Positions 5,839 to 14,329 are shown, numbered from the stretch's first letter. The stretch: 19,367 nt of DNA from Methanobacteriota archaeon (GCA_002713585.1 PATD01000042.1:1-19367); one strand, 5' to 3'. The notes: generated by a model not told the origin, from the sequence alone. Program-made: numbers and translations.

Positions 5839-8199
5839 ATGGTCAGCACTAGAGTTGTAGTCTTCTGTATCTTCGTCCTGGTATGTTCATCCATTAACGT
5901 CCATTCTGAATCAAATACATCGGAGAGTTACACTGTATCTGGCTACGTCCTGCTCCCTGATGGATCTCCTGCGAATGCAACTTCAGTCAAACTTGTTCCA
6001 ATGGATTCCGTTTGGACGGATCAAACAGGTTTCTATTCCATTTCCGGTGTATCTAATGGTGAGCACATAATTCGTGCTTATTTCATGAATGACGGGCACA
6101 CAGTCGCTTATCGTTCGGTAGTTGTAGACGATGATGTTGAATTAAATTGGACCGTAGGTAAGAATTGGGTCATTCCAAGATTGAGTGATAATTTAACAGT
6201 CAATGACTACAACATCACATCAGTCTCGATAAATGAGAACGGTGATATTACTGATTTAGGTGAGAGTGTTGCGTACCTGGGTCCATATGCTATTGGAGAT
6301 TATTACACATTGATAGGCACATTTGATGATGCTGAGGGAACAACTCAGCAGTTCCATTTCCAAGTATCTGAAGGTTCTACCACGTATCCTCGTCCGAATG
6401 AATTCATTTTCCAATACGGCATGAATAACCTGTATGGTTTTCTTACAGATTCAACAGGTGCACCGATGAATGAGGTGCTGGTTAGTATCGAGAATCAGAC
6501 AGTATCCACAAATACTGATGGATTCTATCTTCTTCGTAATCTTGTGATTGGAGATACATACAATGTAAGTTTCAAGCAAGGTAATGTTGAGGTGTTCCAA
6601 ACGGTGAGCCAACAAATCTATTCCGGACCTGGATGGTTAAATGTGTCATCAATAGTGGATGTTGAATTACCCGAATCACCGTATTTCCACCTCTCACTAG
6701 ATACTTCTTCCAATGAATCGTATGAAATTAGGTGGGATGGAGGGAACTTTACAGAATATTTCTCTGTGTATGAAGGTGAAATTTCTGATGATAACACCCC
6801 CATTTACACAGGTACGCAAAGATCGATTGACTGGGTTCCCAGCGAATCTGGAACATTTGTGTTCAACATTATTGCAGTGAATTCGAATGGATCCACAGAA
6901 TCTCCTCAATCCTTCGTTCTAATTGTACTTCCTGATTCTCAATCAGACGATTTGTGGTCAGAAGGTATGAGTTGGGATTATGCCTTGACACATACACCTT
7001 TGAGCTCTTACGGAGTTCACAACAGAACAGTTACTGCGATATCAACTGAAACAGTTCAGGATGCATTTGGCAATACCAGAGAATCTTACTTGGTGAGGGT
7101 TACAGATGGCATTGATGAGGAAGGCGAACAGAGATATCGTTGGGTTGACAAGGATAACTTGCTGAATATCAAGACATATTGGGCAGACGCCCCTAGTTCA
7201 TCGTCCTACTATCAAGAAGGCACACTAGGTTGGGAATTTGTGGATTCCGAAGGTGCAGAGGCATCTTTACTATCTGGGCCAGAGCCCACTGAACTTCATT
7301 TCAATCGAACCAATATCATTGGTGTTCCAGGTCATCCAAATGGTTACGATGATACCATGAATAATGTGTCTATATCCTATGACGTAGAGGTATCAACACC
7401 TGCTGGTTCGTTCATGACCACTTACATCTCGATAACAGATGCGTCTGATGGAATTAGGTCATGGGAATTGTGGTACAACCATACTGTCAGGAATTGGGTG
7501 AAAATCATCGACAGGCTCCCTGGCTCACATTCCGACTCAGTCGAATATGTGTTGACTGCATTCGAGGTGCCTTTGTCTCCCCAATTCTTAGTCGAGGACT
7601 CATCTATTGATACGAAAAATTTCACAATCCGTTGGTCTGATTTCCAAGGGGCTGAATCGTACGAATTGAGCCATAATGGGGTTGTGACTTATGCGGGTTC
7701 TTCCAATTTTTATGAGGCGATGGATCTGGAGGATGGCGAGCATCATTTTGAGATTGTCGCGGTTATGAATTCCGACTATTCAGTTATTGGAAATAGTCTG
7801 AACCTTTCAGTTCTATTCGTTCAACAGCCACCGATTCTTGAAATCGAGAATCAGAATCTAACTATTGGTTCATCCAAGTTAGTTACTTGGTCAGAAATTC
7901 ATGATGCTCAAGCCTATGTTCTAGGAGTAGTGCTTCCGGATGGATCGTATTATGAGGCTTACAATGGGAGTGCAAATAGCTTTGATTTGGAGATTGAAAA
8001 TATTGGGCAACACAGGATTCGAGTTTTGGTGTTAATGGAAGATGGCCCAAATTCTGGATGGTCTGAATCTGTATTCATACTAGCTGAGGATAGTAATTTA
8101 GTAGCAGAGGGTACCAGCGCTTCTTTTTCTTCAGTGGTTTTTGGATTCGTTCTTTTACTAATTCTGCTGATAGCAATTTCAAAACCAAGGAGGGCTTGA
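5839..8199 (+). CDS. Large secreted, C-terminally membrane-anchored surface glycoprotein (CarboxypepD_reg-like and fn3/Ig-like beta-sandwich repeats)
   Basis: N-terminal signal peptide. Two segments look like carboxypeptidase-regulatory folds (YTVSGYVLLPDGSPANATSVKL...GFYSISGV and LYGFLTDSTGAPMNEVLVSI...DGFYLLRNL). At least three segments of the type (Y/F)xIRW...YxV/L look fn3-like. I count 19 N-X-S/T sequons. The C-terminus has a hydrophobic helix plus a KPRRA tail. Confidence 0.7.
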   Translation: MVSTRVVVFCIFVLVCSSINVHSESNTSESYTVSGYVLLPDGSPANATSVKLVPMDSVWTDQTGFYSISGVSNGEHIIRAYFMNDGHTVAYRSVVVDDDVELNWTVGKNWVIPRLSDNLTVNDYNITSVSINENGDITDLGESVAYLGPYAIGDYYTLIGTFDDAEGTTQQFHFQVSEGSTTYPRPNEFIFQYGMNNLYGFLTDSTGAPMNEVLVSIENQTVSTNTDGFYLLRNLVIGDTYNVSFKQGNVEVFQTVSQQIYSGPGWLNVSSIVDVELPESPYFHLSLDTSSNESYEIRWDGGNFTEYFSVYEGEISDDNTPIYTGTQRSIDWVPSESGTFVFNIIAVNSNGSTESPQSFVLIVLPDSQSDDLWSEGMSWDYALTHTPLSSYGVHNRTVTAISTETVQDAFGNTRESYLVRVTDGIDEEGEQRYRWVDKDNLLNIKTYWADAPSSSSYYQEGTLGWEFVDSEGAEASLLSGPEPTELHFNRTNIIGVPGHPNGYDDTMNNVSISYDVEVSTPAGSFMTTYISITDASDGIRSWELWYNHTVRNWVKIIDRLPGSHSDSVEYVLTAFEVPLSPQFLVEDSSIDTKNFTIRWSDFQGAESYELSHNGVVTYAGSSNFYEAMDLEDGEHHFEIVAVMNSDYSVIGNSLNLSVLFVQQPPILEIENQNLTIGSSKLVTWSEIHDAQAYVLGVVLPDGSYYEAYNGSANSFDLEIENIGQHRIRVLVLMEDGPNSGWSESVFILAEDSNLVAEGTSASFSSVVFGFVLLLILLIAISKPRRA

Positions 8200-8204
8200 T
8201 TTAG

Positions 8205-9305
8205 ATGGATAAGGGAAAACTTGCCTTAATCCAAGTATCCATTCTCTTGATTGGTTTCTTTGGATGGTACATTCTATCTGATCAAGACATACAAGAATCA
8301 GAGCAGCCTTACTCGATTACTGTAACTGATTCAAATGGAGTGGTACACCAGTTCGAAGAATCTCCTTCGCGTGTTGCTATTTCCAATACCTATATTGCGA
8401 GTGCAATGAGAATGTTGAATGTCTCTTCGTCCGTAGTTGTAGGAGTTTCTGGTGACTTCGATGATTCGATATTATGGCCTGAATATAATGAGACAAAGAT
8501 AGTTCAGAATTCGGCCCATTCTGAGATTGATTTTGAGGCATTGTACGATGCTCGACCCGATGTATACATCGTTTTCGCTACCAATGGTATGGTCGATACT
8601 AGTGCCATACGAAACAAACTTGATGAGGTAGGTATCAGGGTTATTGCATTGGATTTTTACAAATATGATTACCTCCGAACCGAGTTTCAGGTAATTGCTG
8701 AATTGTTCAATAAGCAAGAAGAAATGAATGATCTTTTAGCAGATTTTGATTCGATAGAATTACTAATTGAAGGAAGGATTTCTTCTCTTGAATCCGACAA
8801 CCGTCCAACTGTTGTTATGGAACATCATGCTTCCCTTACTCGTGATCCAGTAGTTTTGACCGGAACATCTCAATGGACTGATATGATAGAAAAAGCAGGA
8901 GGGATAAATTTCTTTGCTGAACTTCCGGGACATACCACTCATGTTGACATGGAGGCAATCCTTGATGCGGATCCTGATGTAATCCTATTTGACGGAATAA
9001 CATTTGATATTGGATTCAATCGATTTGATACAGACGGAATTTCTTGTGATCAACATATAGAATTCGTGTCCGAACGTCCTGGTTTTGATGGAGTTCAAGC
9101 TGTAATAGATGATAGAATGCTAATTTTTTCTGGTGAATTTGCAGGTCCTATGATGATTCATGGTCTTCCAACACTTGCCAAGCACTTACATCCTGAAAAA
9201 TTCCTTGACATTGATACAGATTCGTATCTAGACGAATATTTCTCCGAATATCATGGTGTTGAGAGAATAGGAAAGTTCGTTTGCCAATCAGGTAATGGAG
9301 ATTAA
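8205..9305 (+). CDS. ABC substrate-binding protein, FecB/BtuF/HmuT class (iron-siderophore / heme / cobalamin type), N-terminal TM anchor
   Basis: N-terminal hydrophobic anchor, then the family-typical ITVTDSNGVVHQFEESPSRVAISNTYIASAMRMLN opening and the PDVYIVF and DPDVILF motifs. An AGGAGG sequence lies upstream. The gene overlaps the permease gene by 11 nt. Confidence 0.8.
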   Translation: MDKGKLALIQVSILLIGFFGWYILSDQDIQESEQPYSITVTDSNGVVHQFEESPSRVAISNTYIASAMRMLNVSSSVVVGVSGDFDDSILWPEYNETKIVQNSAHSEIDFEALYDARPDVYIVFATNGMVDTSAIRNKLDEVGIRVIALDFYKYDYLRTEFQVIAELFNKQEEMNDLLADFDSIELLIEGRISSLESDNRPTVVMEHHASLTRDPVVLTGTSQWTDMIEKAGGINFFAELPGHTTHVDMEAILDADPDVILFDGITFDIGFNRFDTDGISCDQHIEFVSERPGFDGVQAVIDDRMLIFSGEFAGPMMIHGLPTLAKHLHPEKFLDIDTDSYLDEYFSEYHGVERIGKFVCQSGNGD

Positions 9306-10404
9306 TCCAATGGAGTCGATCACTGAACGTCATATCCAGAATGGATATGTACAGATTCTCATAATGGCAGTAGTTGCAAGTTGTACCATAATACTGGGTC
9401 TATTTGCAATGGGTATCGGTTCTTCTGAACAGTTAGATCAACTATCGACACTGAAAATAATTCTAGGTATTTCAGAGCCTGACTCATTACAGTCCGATAT
9501 AATCTGGCATCTCAGATTTCCTAGAATACTAATGGCAATTACATGTGGAGTTGCTCTTGCCACTGCTGGAGCACTTATGCAGGGATGTTTGGGAAACCCC
9601 CTGGTTTCCCCACTTACTCTTGGAGTTGCATCCGGTGCATCACTAGGTGCCGCCCTTGCAATTGTATTGGGTTTGCAAGTAATCGATTTCCTTGAACCTT
9701 TTTTGTCAAACCTCCCCGGTCCGCTTTCAAATTTGGATTTTGAATCGATAGGAATCGTGGCCAATGCATTTTTCTTTTCGTTAATTGTGGTTGTAATTAT
9801 CATACAATTGGGGAAAATGCGTTCTATATCTCCTGAATCATATATTCTTGTAGGCATTGCAATCACATTCATCTGTGGAGCAATAGTATCAACAATTCAG
9901 TATTTTGCATCTGATGCTGAGATTTCTCAACTGACGCATTGGTCCTTTGGTTCACTGTCAAGGCCAGATCTTGGTCAGACAATGTGGATTGCTGCACTGA
10001 TTATTTGTCTAATGCCCTATGCAATCATATTTGCTTGGGATTTGAATTCGATGGCTTTAGGGGGTGACGATTTTGCAATTTCAACAGGTGTAGACCCACA
10101 AGCTACAAGGGTTACAATATTGGTATTGTCAGCTGGCATGACATCTATTGTCATAGCATTCACTGGTTTGATTGGTTTTGTCGGTCTTGCTGCACCTCAC
10201 ATGACTCGTCTAATTATAGGAAATGATTATCGTAAATTGTTACCATGTTCCGCGGTTTCTGGGGCATTTTTGGTATTAATAGCAGACACTATTGGTCGTA
10301 CTATTGTTGCCCCAATCATCATTCCAGTCGGAGTGATGTTATCCGTAATTGGGGGGCCATTTTTCATGTATCTCCTCCTTGCAAATAAGGGGGTGTCACA
10401 TTGA
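9295..10404 (+). CDS. ABC permease, FecCD/BtuC/HmuU family
   Basis: Polytopic protein with the hallmark RFPRILMAITCGVALATAGALMQGCLGNPLVSPLTLGVASGASLG. Its stop overlaps the next gene's TTG start. Confidence 0.9.
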   Translation: MEINPMESITERHIQNGYVQILIMAVVASCTIILGLFAMGIGSSEQLDQLSTLKIILGISEPDSLQSDIIWHLRFPRILMAITCGVALATAGALMQGCLGNPLVSPLTLGVASGASLGAALAIVLGLQVIDFLEPFLSNLPGPLSNLDFESIGIVANAFFFSLIVVVIIIQLGKMRSISPESYILVGIAITFICGAIVSTIQYFASDAEISQLTHWSFGSLSRPDLGQTMWIAALIICLMPYAIIFAWDLNSMALGGDDFAISTGVDPQATRVTILVLSAGMTSIVIAFTGLIGFVGLAAPHMTRLIIGNDYRKLLPCSAVSGAFLVLIADTIGRTIVAPIIIPVGVMLSVIGGPFFMYLLLANKGVSH

Positions 10405-11207
10405 ATTCGATACTCGAGGCCAAGAATCTGAGTTTCAGTTGGGGCAATAAACAAGTTTTTTCTGGCGTTGGTTTTGATATTCAGCCAAACCAGATAGTTG
10501 CTATTGTCGGGGTTAATGGGGCAGGTAAATCTACACTATTGAAATGCCTAAATCGTATACTTGTTCCTTCTACAGGTAGTATATCCATCAATTCTGAAGA
10601 AGTTAGTACAATGCCTATTCTTGAATTAGCGAAACAAGTATCCTATGTTCCACAGTCAGTATCTACAAGTTTCCCATTAGATGTATATGACGTTGTTATG
10701 CTTGGAAGGAGGCCATACATTTCTTGGAGAATTAGTGATGAAGACCGGGAGTTTGTTTCTAACACTATTTCTTTATTCGATTTAGAAGATTTTGCTTTCA
10801 GAAGATTTGATCAGTTATCTGGAGGAGAGAGGCAACGTGTGATTATTGCTAAGGCGGTTGCCCAAAACCCTTCATTATTTCTTTTCGATGAACCTACCAG
10901 TGATCTTGATCTTAAGAATCAGATTATTGTGATGAAATCAATTCGTAAACTCGTGGACAATAAGGACAACAATTGTTCGGCTTTGATTGCGATTCACGAT
11001 CTAAATACTGCTGCAAGGTTTGCAGATTCTATTTTGATGTTACATGAGGGTGAAATGAAGGCGTTTGGCTCCCCAGAGATAGTTTTCACTGAAGAAAATA
11101 TTTCAGAAGTTTTTGGTGTGACCAGTGACTTGATATCATCGAATGATGGTGCACCAATGAGGATACATGTTCTCGATATCCCCAATGACGAGTCGGCGGG
11201 AAATTGA
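10401..11207 (+). CDS. ABC ATPase, FepC/HmuV/BtuD type
   Basis: Walker A GVNGAGKST, signature LSGGERQRV and Walker B LFLFDEPTSDLD. The TTG start overlaps the permease stop (tTGA). Confidence 0.9.
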   Translation: MNSILEAKNLSFSWGNKQVFSGVGFDIQPNQIVAIVGVNGAGKSTLLKCLNRILVPSTGSISINSEEVSTMPILELAKQVSYVPQSVSTSFPLDVYDVVMLGRRPYISWRISDEDREFVSNTISLFDLEDFAFRRFDQLSGGERQRVIIAKAVAQNPSLFLFDEPTSDLDLKNQIIVMKSIRKLVDNKDNNCSALIAIHDLNTAARFADSILMLHEGEMKAFGSPEIVFTEENISEVFGVTSDLISSNDGAPMRIHVLDIPNDESAGN

Positions 11208-11226
11208 AACTTAAAGTGGTGAAAAA

Positions 11227-11679
11227 ATGACTGAAAAAGAACTAATGATTATTTTTGGAACAGAGACTGGAAATGCAGAAATGGTTGCTGAAGATGCTCA
11301 ACGAATGGCGCCAGATTATGGTTTGAATGCTACTATCCATGACATGGATGATTTGAGTGTGGATGATCTTTCCGGAGCCACACGTCTCCTAGTAACTTGC
11401 AGCACCTGGGGCGATGGTGATCAGCCAATGAATGCTGAAGATTTGTATGAATCTATGGAGGATGCAGATGGTGGAACTATGGATGGCATAAATTTTGCAG
11501 TCCTAGCATTAGGGGATACCGCCTACGAACTGTTCTGTGAATCAGGAAAGCAATGGGATGCAGTTCTTGAGGAAAAGGGCGGGAACCGAGTTGCGGAAAG
11601 AATTGACCTTGACACAGATTTTGAAGATTTCACAGAAGAGTGGCTTCAGTCTGCATTGGAAGCATTCCAGAATGTGTGA
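11227..11679 (+). CDS. Flavodoxin (short FMN-binding, MioC/CysJ-FMN-domain-like)
   Basis: IFGTETGNAEMVAED, LVTCSTWGDGDQP and FAVLALGDTAYELFCESGK are classic flavodoxin FMN-loop motifs. A GGTGA sequence lies upstream. Confidence 0.85.
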   Translation: MTEKELMIIFGTETGNAEMVAEDAQRMAPDYGLNATIHDMDDLSVDDLSGATRLLVTCSTWGDGDQPMNAEDLYESMEDADGGTMDGINFAVLALGDTAYELFCESGKQWDAVLEEKGGNRVAERIDLDTDFEDFTEEWLQSALEAFQNV

Positions 11680-11705
11680 TAGTCCTCATTTCTAAGGTGA
11701 ATTGA

Positions 11706-12527
11706 ATGACTGAAAAATCAGCTGACATACCTCGTCATGCTCCACCTAAGGGCGCGAGTACAAGACAACAGGAGTTGTTGTATGATCCAAATGTGGCTAC
11801 CTCATCACACGCTGAACAAGCTAGGACTCTTATTGAGAGGGTAGGTACTGCAACATTATGCACGATTTCACACAGCCATGAGGGTCATCCTTACGGTTCA
11901 TTTGTTACATTCGCAATGGATGGCGAGCATCCTATCTTTTTGATAAGTCGACTAGCAGAACACACAAAGAATCTGCTTCAGAATTCTAAATCCTCACTTT
12001 TGGTTGCAGAAGGAGGGGATGGCAATCCACTTGCTTTGGGCCGAGTGACATTAGTTGGAATTTGTGAACAAGTTTCGGACGATGAACGGCCCCGCTTGAA
12101 GGAAATCTTTGTTCAACGACACCCTGATTCAAAATTCTATGCTGATTTCGGCGATTTCCTATTTTTCCGTCTTGAGGTAGATTCTGTGCGATATATCGGA
12201 GGTTTTGGTCGTATGTCGTGGTTCGGAGATGTGGATTGGGCTGAGGCTGAACCAGATCCGTTGTATTCATCTGCTGATGGGATAATCGAACACATGAATG
12301 ATGATCATCAGGATGCTATGCTATTGATTTGCCATACTATGTCGAAGGCAACTGATGCTACAGAACCTGTGATGACGGGAGTGGACCGGTATGGGTTTGA
12401 GATGTCGGTTATGACAGGGGATGGAAGGCGTCCGATTCGAGTTGCGTTTGAGAATACATGCGATAATCCAGATGATGTTAGAAGTGCCATGGTCAATTTG
12501 GTAAAAATCGCTCGTTCAAAGGTATGA
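11706..12527 (+). CDS. HugZ/HutZ-like heme-utilisation protein (PNPOx-like split barrel + C-terminal DUF2470)
   Basis: The N-terminal ~170 aa match the pyridoxamine-5'-phosphate-oxidase-like pattern (GTATLCTIS...GHPYGSFVTFAMD...PIFLISRLAEHTKNL...SSLLV...LGRVTLVG...DFLFFRLEVDSVRYIGGFGRMSWF). The C-terminal IIEHMNDDHQDAMLLICH is the DUF2470 signature. An AAGGTGA sequence lies upstream. Confidence 0.75.
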   Translation: MTEKSADIPRHAPPKGASTRQQELLYDPNVATSSHAEQARTLIERVGTATLCTISHSHEGHPYGSFVTFAMDGEHPIFLISRLAEHTKNLLQNSKSSLLVAEGGDGNPLALGRVTLVGICEQVSDDERPRLKEIFVQRHPDSKFYADFGDFLFFRLEVDSVRYIGGFGRMSWFGDVDWAEAEPDPLYSSADGIIEHMNDDHQDAMLLICHTMSKATDATEPVMTGVDRYGFEMSVMTGDGRRPIRVAFENTCDNPDDVRSAMVNLVKIARSKV

Positions 12528-12625
12528 CTGGTCGATGGTGATGACTAAATCAGTTGTCCGTTTCGTAGGGTTTAGGCTAGTTCTACAAATACTCTAGTTA
12601 GGCATGATTTCAGGTTCGTGAGTTT

Positions 12626-13345
12626 ATGTCTAAATCAGTGGTACATATCGAGAATGCTTCGATAGGTTTCTCACCAGATGAACCCCTCATCAAAAATCTC
12701 AATCTGGAAATCAATCAGGGCGAGATTGTCGCCATTGCTGGCCCATCAGGTATTGGGAAGACAACACTTCTCCGTACGATTGCAGGTCTCGTTCCAATGC
12801 TTGAAGGAGAAATGACTCTCTTTGGTCGAAATAGCAAAGCATCTCGTGGTGAACTTGGATACATACCACAAAGGCTTGGCCTCATCCGGCACGCATCTGT
12901 CTATCACAATGTGTTAATGGGCGCCTTGACAAGTACAGCTGGCGTATGGTTCCCGTTTTCATTTGAGGCCAGACGTCGTACATTAGAATCGATTGATGCA
13001 ATGGGTATTAGTGAGAAAAAAAGAACTCCAATTCGACTTTTATCTGGAGGTCAACAGAGACGCGTTGCAACCGCAAGAACACTAGCCCAACAACCGTCAA
13101 TCATTCTTGCTGATGAATTCCTTGGAGAATTAGATGAAGAAACAATGGAAAGCGTCCTATCAAAGGTCACCAATTATGTTCGTACAAATAATGCGACGTT
13201 AATCGTAGTGGAACACGATATATCGCGTGCTAAGAGGATGGCGGACCACCTTCTTATTCTTGATGATGGCCAATTAAATCCATTTGTCGATCAACCAATT
13301 TCTATGCAGATTTCCATGCGTTTAGATAAGGAGTTGAACGTATGA
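12626..13345 (+). CDS. phnC: ABC ATPase, PhnC-like
   Basis: Walker A GPSGIGKTT, signature LSGGQQRRVATAR and Walker B IILADEF. A PhnC-style insert follows the Q-loop (LGYIPQRLGLIRHASVYHNVLMGAL...). The gene is translationally coupled (ATGA) to a PhnE-type permease. Confidence 0.75.
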   Translation: MSKSVVHIENASIGFSPDEPLIKNLNLEINQGEIVAIAGPSGIGKTTLLRTIAGLVPMLEGEMTLFGRNSKASRGELGYIPQRLGLIRHASVYHNVLMGALTSTAGVWFPFSFEARRRTLESIDAMGISEKKRTPIRLLSGGQQRRVATARTLAQQPSIILADEFLGELDEETMESVLSKVTNYVRTNNATLIVVEHDISRAKRMADHLLILDDGQLNPFVDQPISMQISMRLDKELNV

Positions 13346-14277
13346 GCGACTCTGGTTCTAAAGTTGATTTTACTACCCTCGCCTCTAGATTGTGGTACTC
13401 ATCTCGTTGGTTTCTTCTGTTTATCGGCTTGTTAGTTGTAGCTTTTCGAGTAACTAACAGCATGGATCCCAACTGGGGGCGATTAGCTAATACGAATAAC
13501 AATCTGGTTACCTTCTTCCAAGAATCTCTGTGGCCTCCTGACTGGAGTGTTATTGAAGCACAAGCATACCCTCCTTGTTTGGCGGCTCCAGGCCTATCTT
13601 TCACCTGCTCAACAGCATGGTTGGGTATGATTGAGACTCTCAAAATTGCATTCGTTGCAACTATTCTAGGTATGACGATATCGTTCCCATTGTCATTGCT
13701 CGCTTCCCGTAATCTTAGCCCTAATTGGGTTAGTTACCCTGCTCGTTTCTTACTCGCAGGGTCTCGAAGTTTGCCAAGTATCATTTGGGCTCTTTTCTTC
13801 GTTATCGTGATAGGTTTCGGGCCATTATCCGGAATATTAGCTATGACTGTCTATACGATTGGGTATCTCGGTAAACTACAGTACGAAACCATCGAGGGTA
13901 TCGATCGTGGACCCTTGGAAGCATCCAAGGCGATGGGCCATGGATGGTTTGAGCGTTCTTTTGGTGTAATTCTCCCTGAATCCGCAAATGGCCTAATCTC
14001 GCAGGTGATTTTCATGTTTGAATATAATTTCAGACATGGGACTGTGATTGGAATTGTGGGTGCAGGTGGGATCGGATATTACATCAATCTCTATCTCAAA
14101 TTCCTACAATATGACAAGGTAATCGCCTACCTGATCATTATCTTCGTTGTAGTATTAATTCTAGATGTGATATCCATTTATGCCCGGTCTTTGTTTACCG
14201 AGGATGGCGATGTACGACGTCAATCTTGGTGGTCAATTTTACTCCCTCCCTCTATGTTGAGGAATGAAGATGACTGA
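13342..14277 (+). CDS. phnE: ABC permease, PhnE-like
   Basis: Matches the PhnE pattern: IETLKIAFVATILGMTISFPLSLLASRNL, RSLPSIIWALFFVIVIGFGPLSGILAMTVYTIGYLGKL, EASKAMG, FEYNFRHGTVIGIVGAGGIGY. Confidence 0.8.
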   Translation: MSDSGSKVDFTTLASRLWYSSRWFLLFIGLLVVAFRVTNSMDPNWGRLANTNNNLVTFFQESLWPPDWSVIEAQAYPPCLAAPGLSFTCSTAWLGMIETLKIAFVATILGMTISFPLSLLASRNLSPNWVSYPARFLLAGSRSLPSIIWALFFVIVIGFGPLSGILAMTVYTIGYLGKLQYETIEGIDRGPLEASKAMGHGWFERSFGVILPESANGLISQVIFMFEYNFRHGTVIGIVGAGGIGYYINLYLKFLQYDKVIAYLIIIFVVVLILDVISIYARSLFTEDGDVRRQSWWSILLPPSMLRNEDD

Positions 14278-14329
14278 AGCGGGTCTAGAGTTGCCACTAA
14301 TCCATCTTCTGAAATTACAAAAATTGGGT

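Noticed and set aside
8120-8199. PGF-CTERM/archaeosortase sorting signal at the C-terminus of the giant surface protein
   Set aside because: There is a hydrophobic helix and a basic tail, but no PGF motif (the sequence is VVFGFVLLL...KPRRA). A plain C-terminal TM anchor is the safer call.
9438-9872. 144-aa minus-strand ORF inside the FecCD permease gene
   Set aside because: It is nested antisense to a gene with unmistakable family motifs, and it has no motif or start-site support of its own.
12626-14277. Calling the locus a phosphonate utilisation (phn) operon
   Set aside because: Only the PhnC/PhnE transporter parts are present. There is no C-P lyase, phosphonatase or PhnD next to them, and the surrounding genes are iron or heme related.
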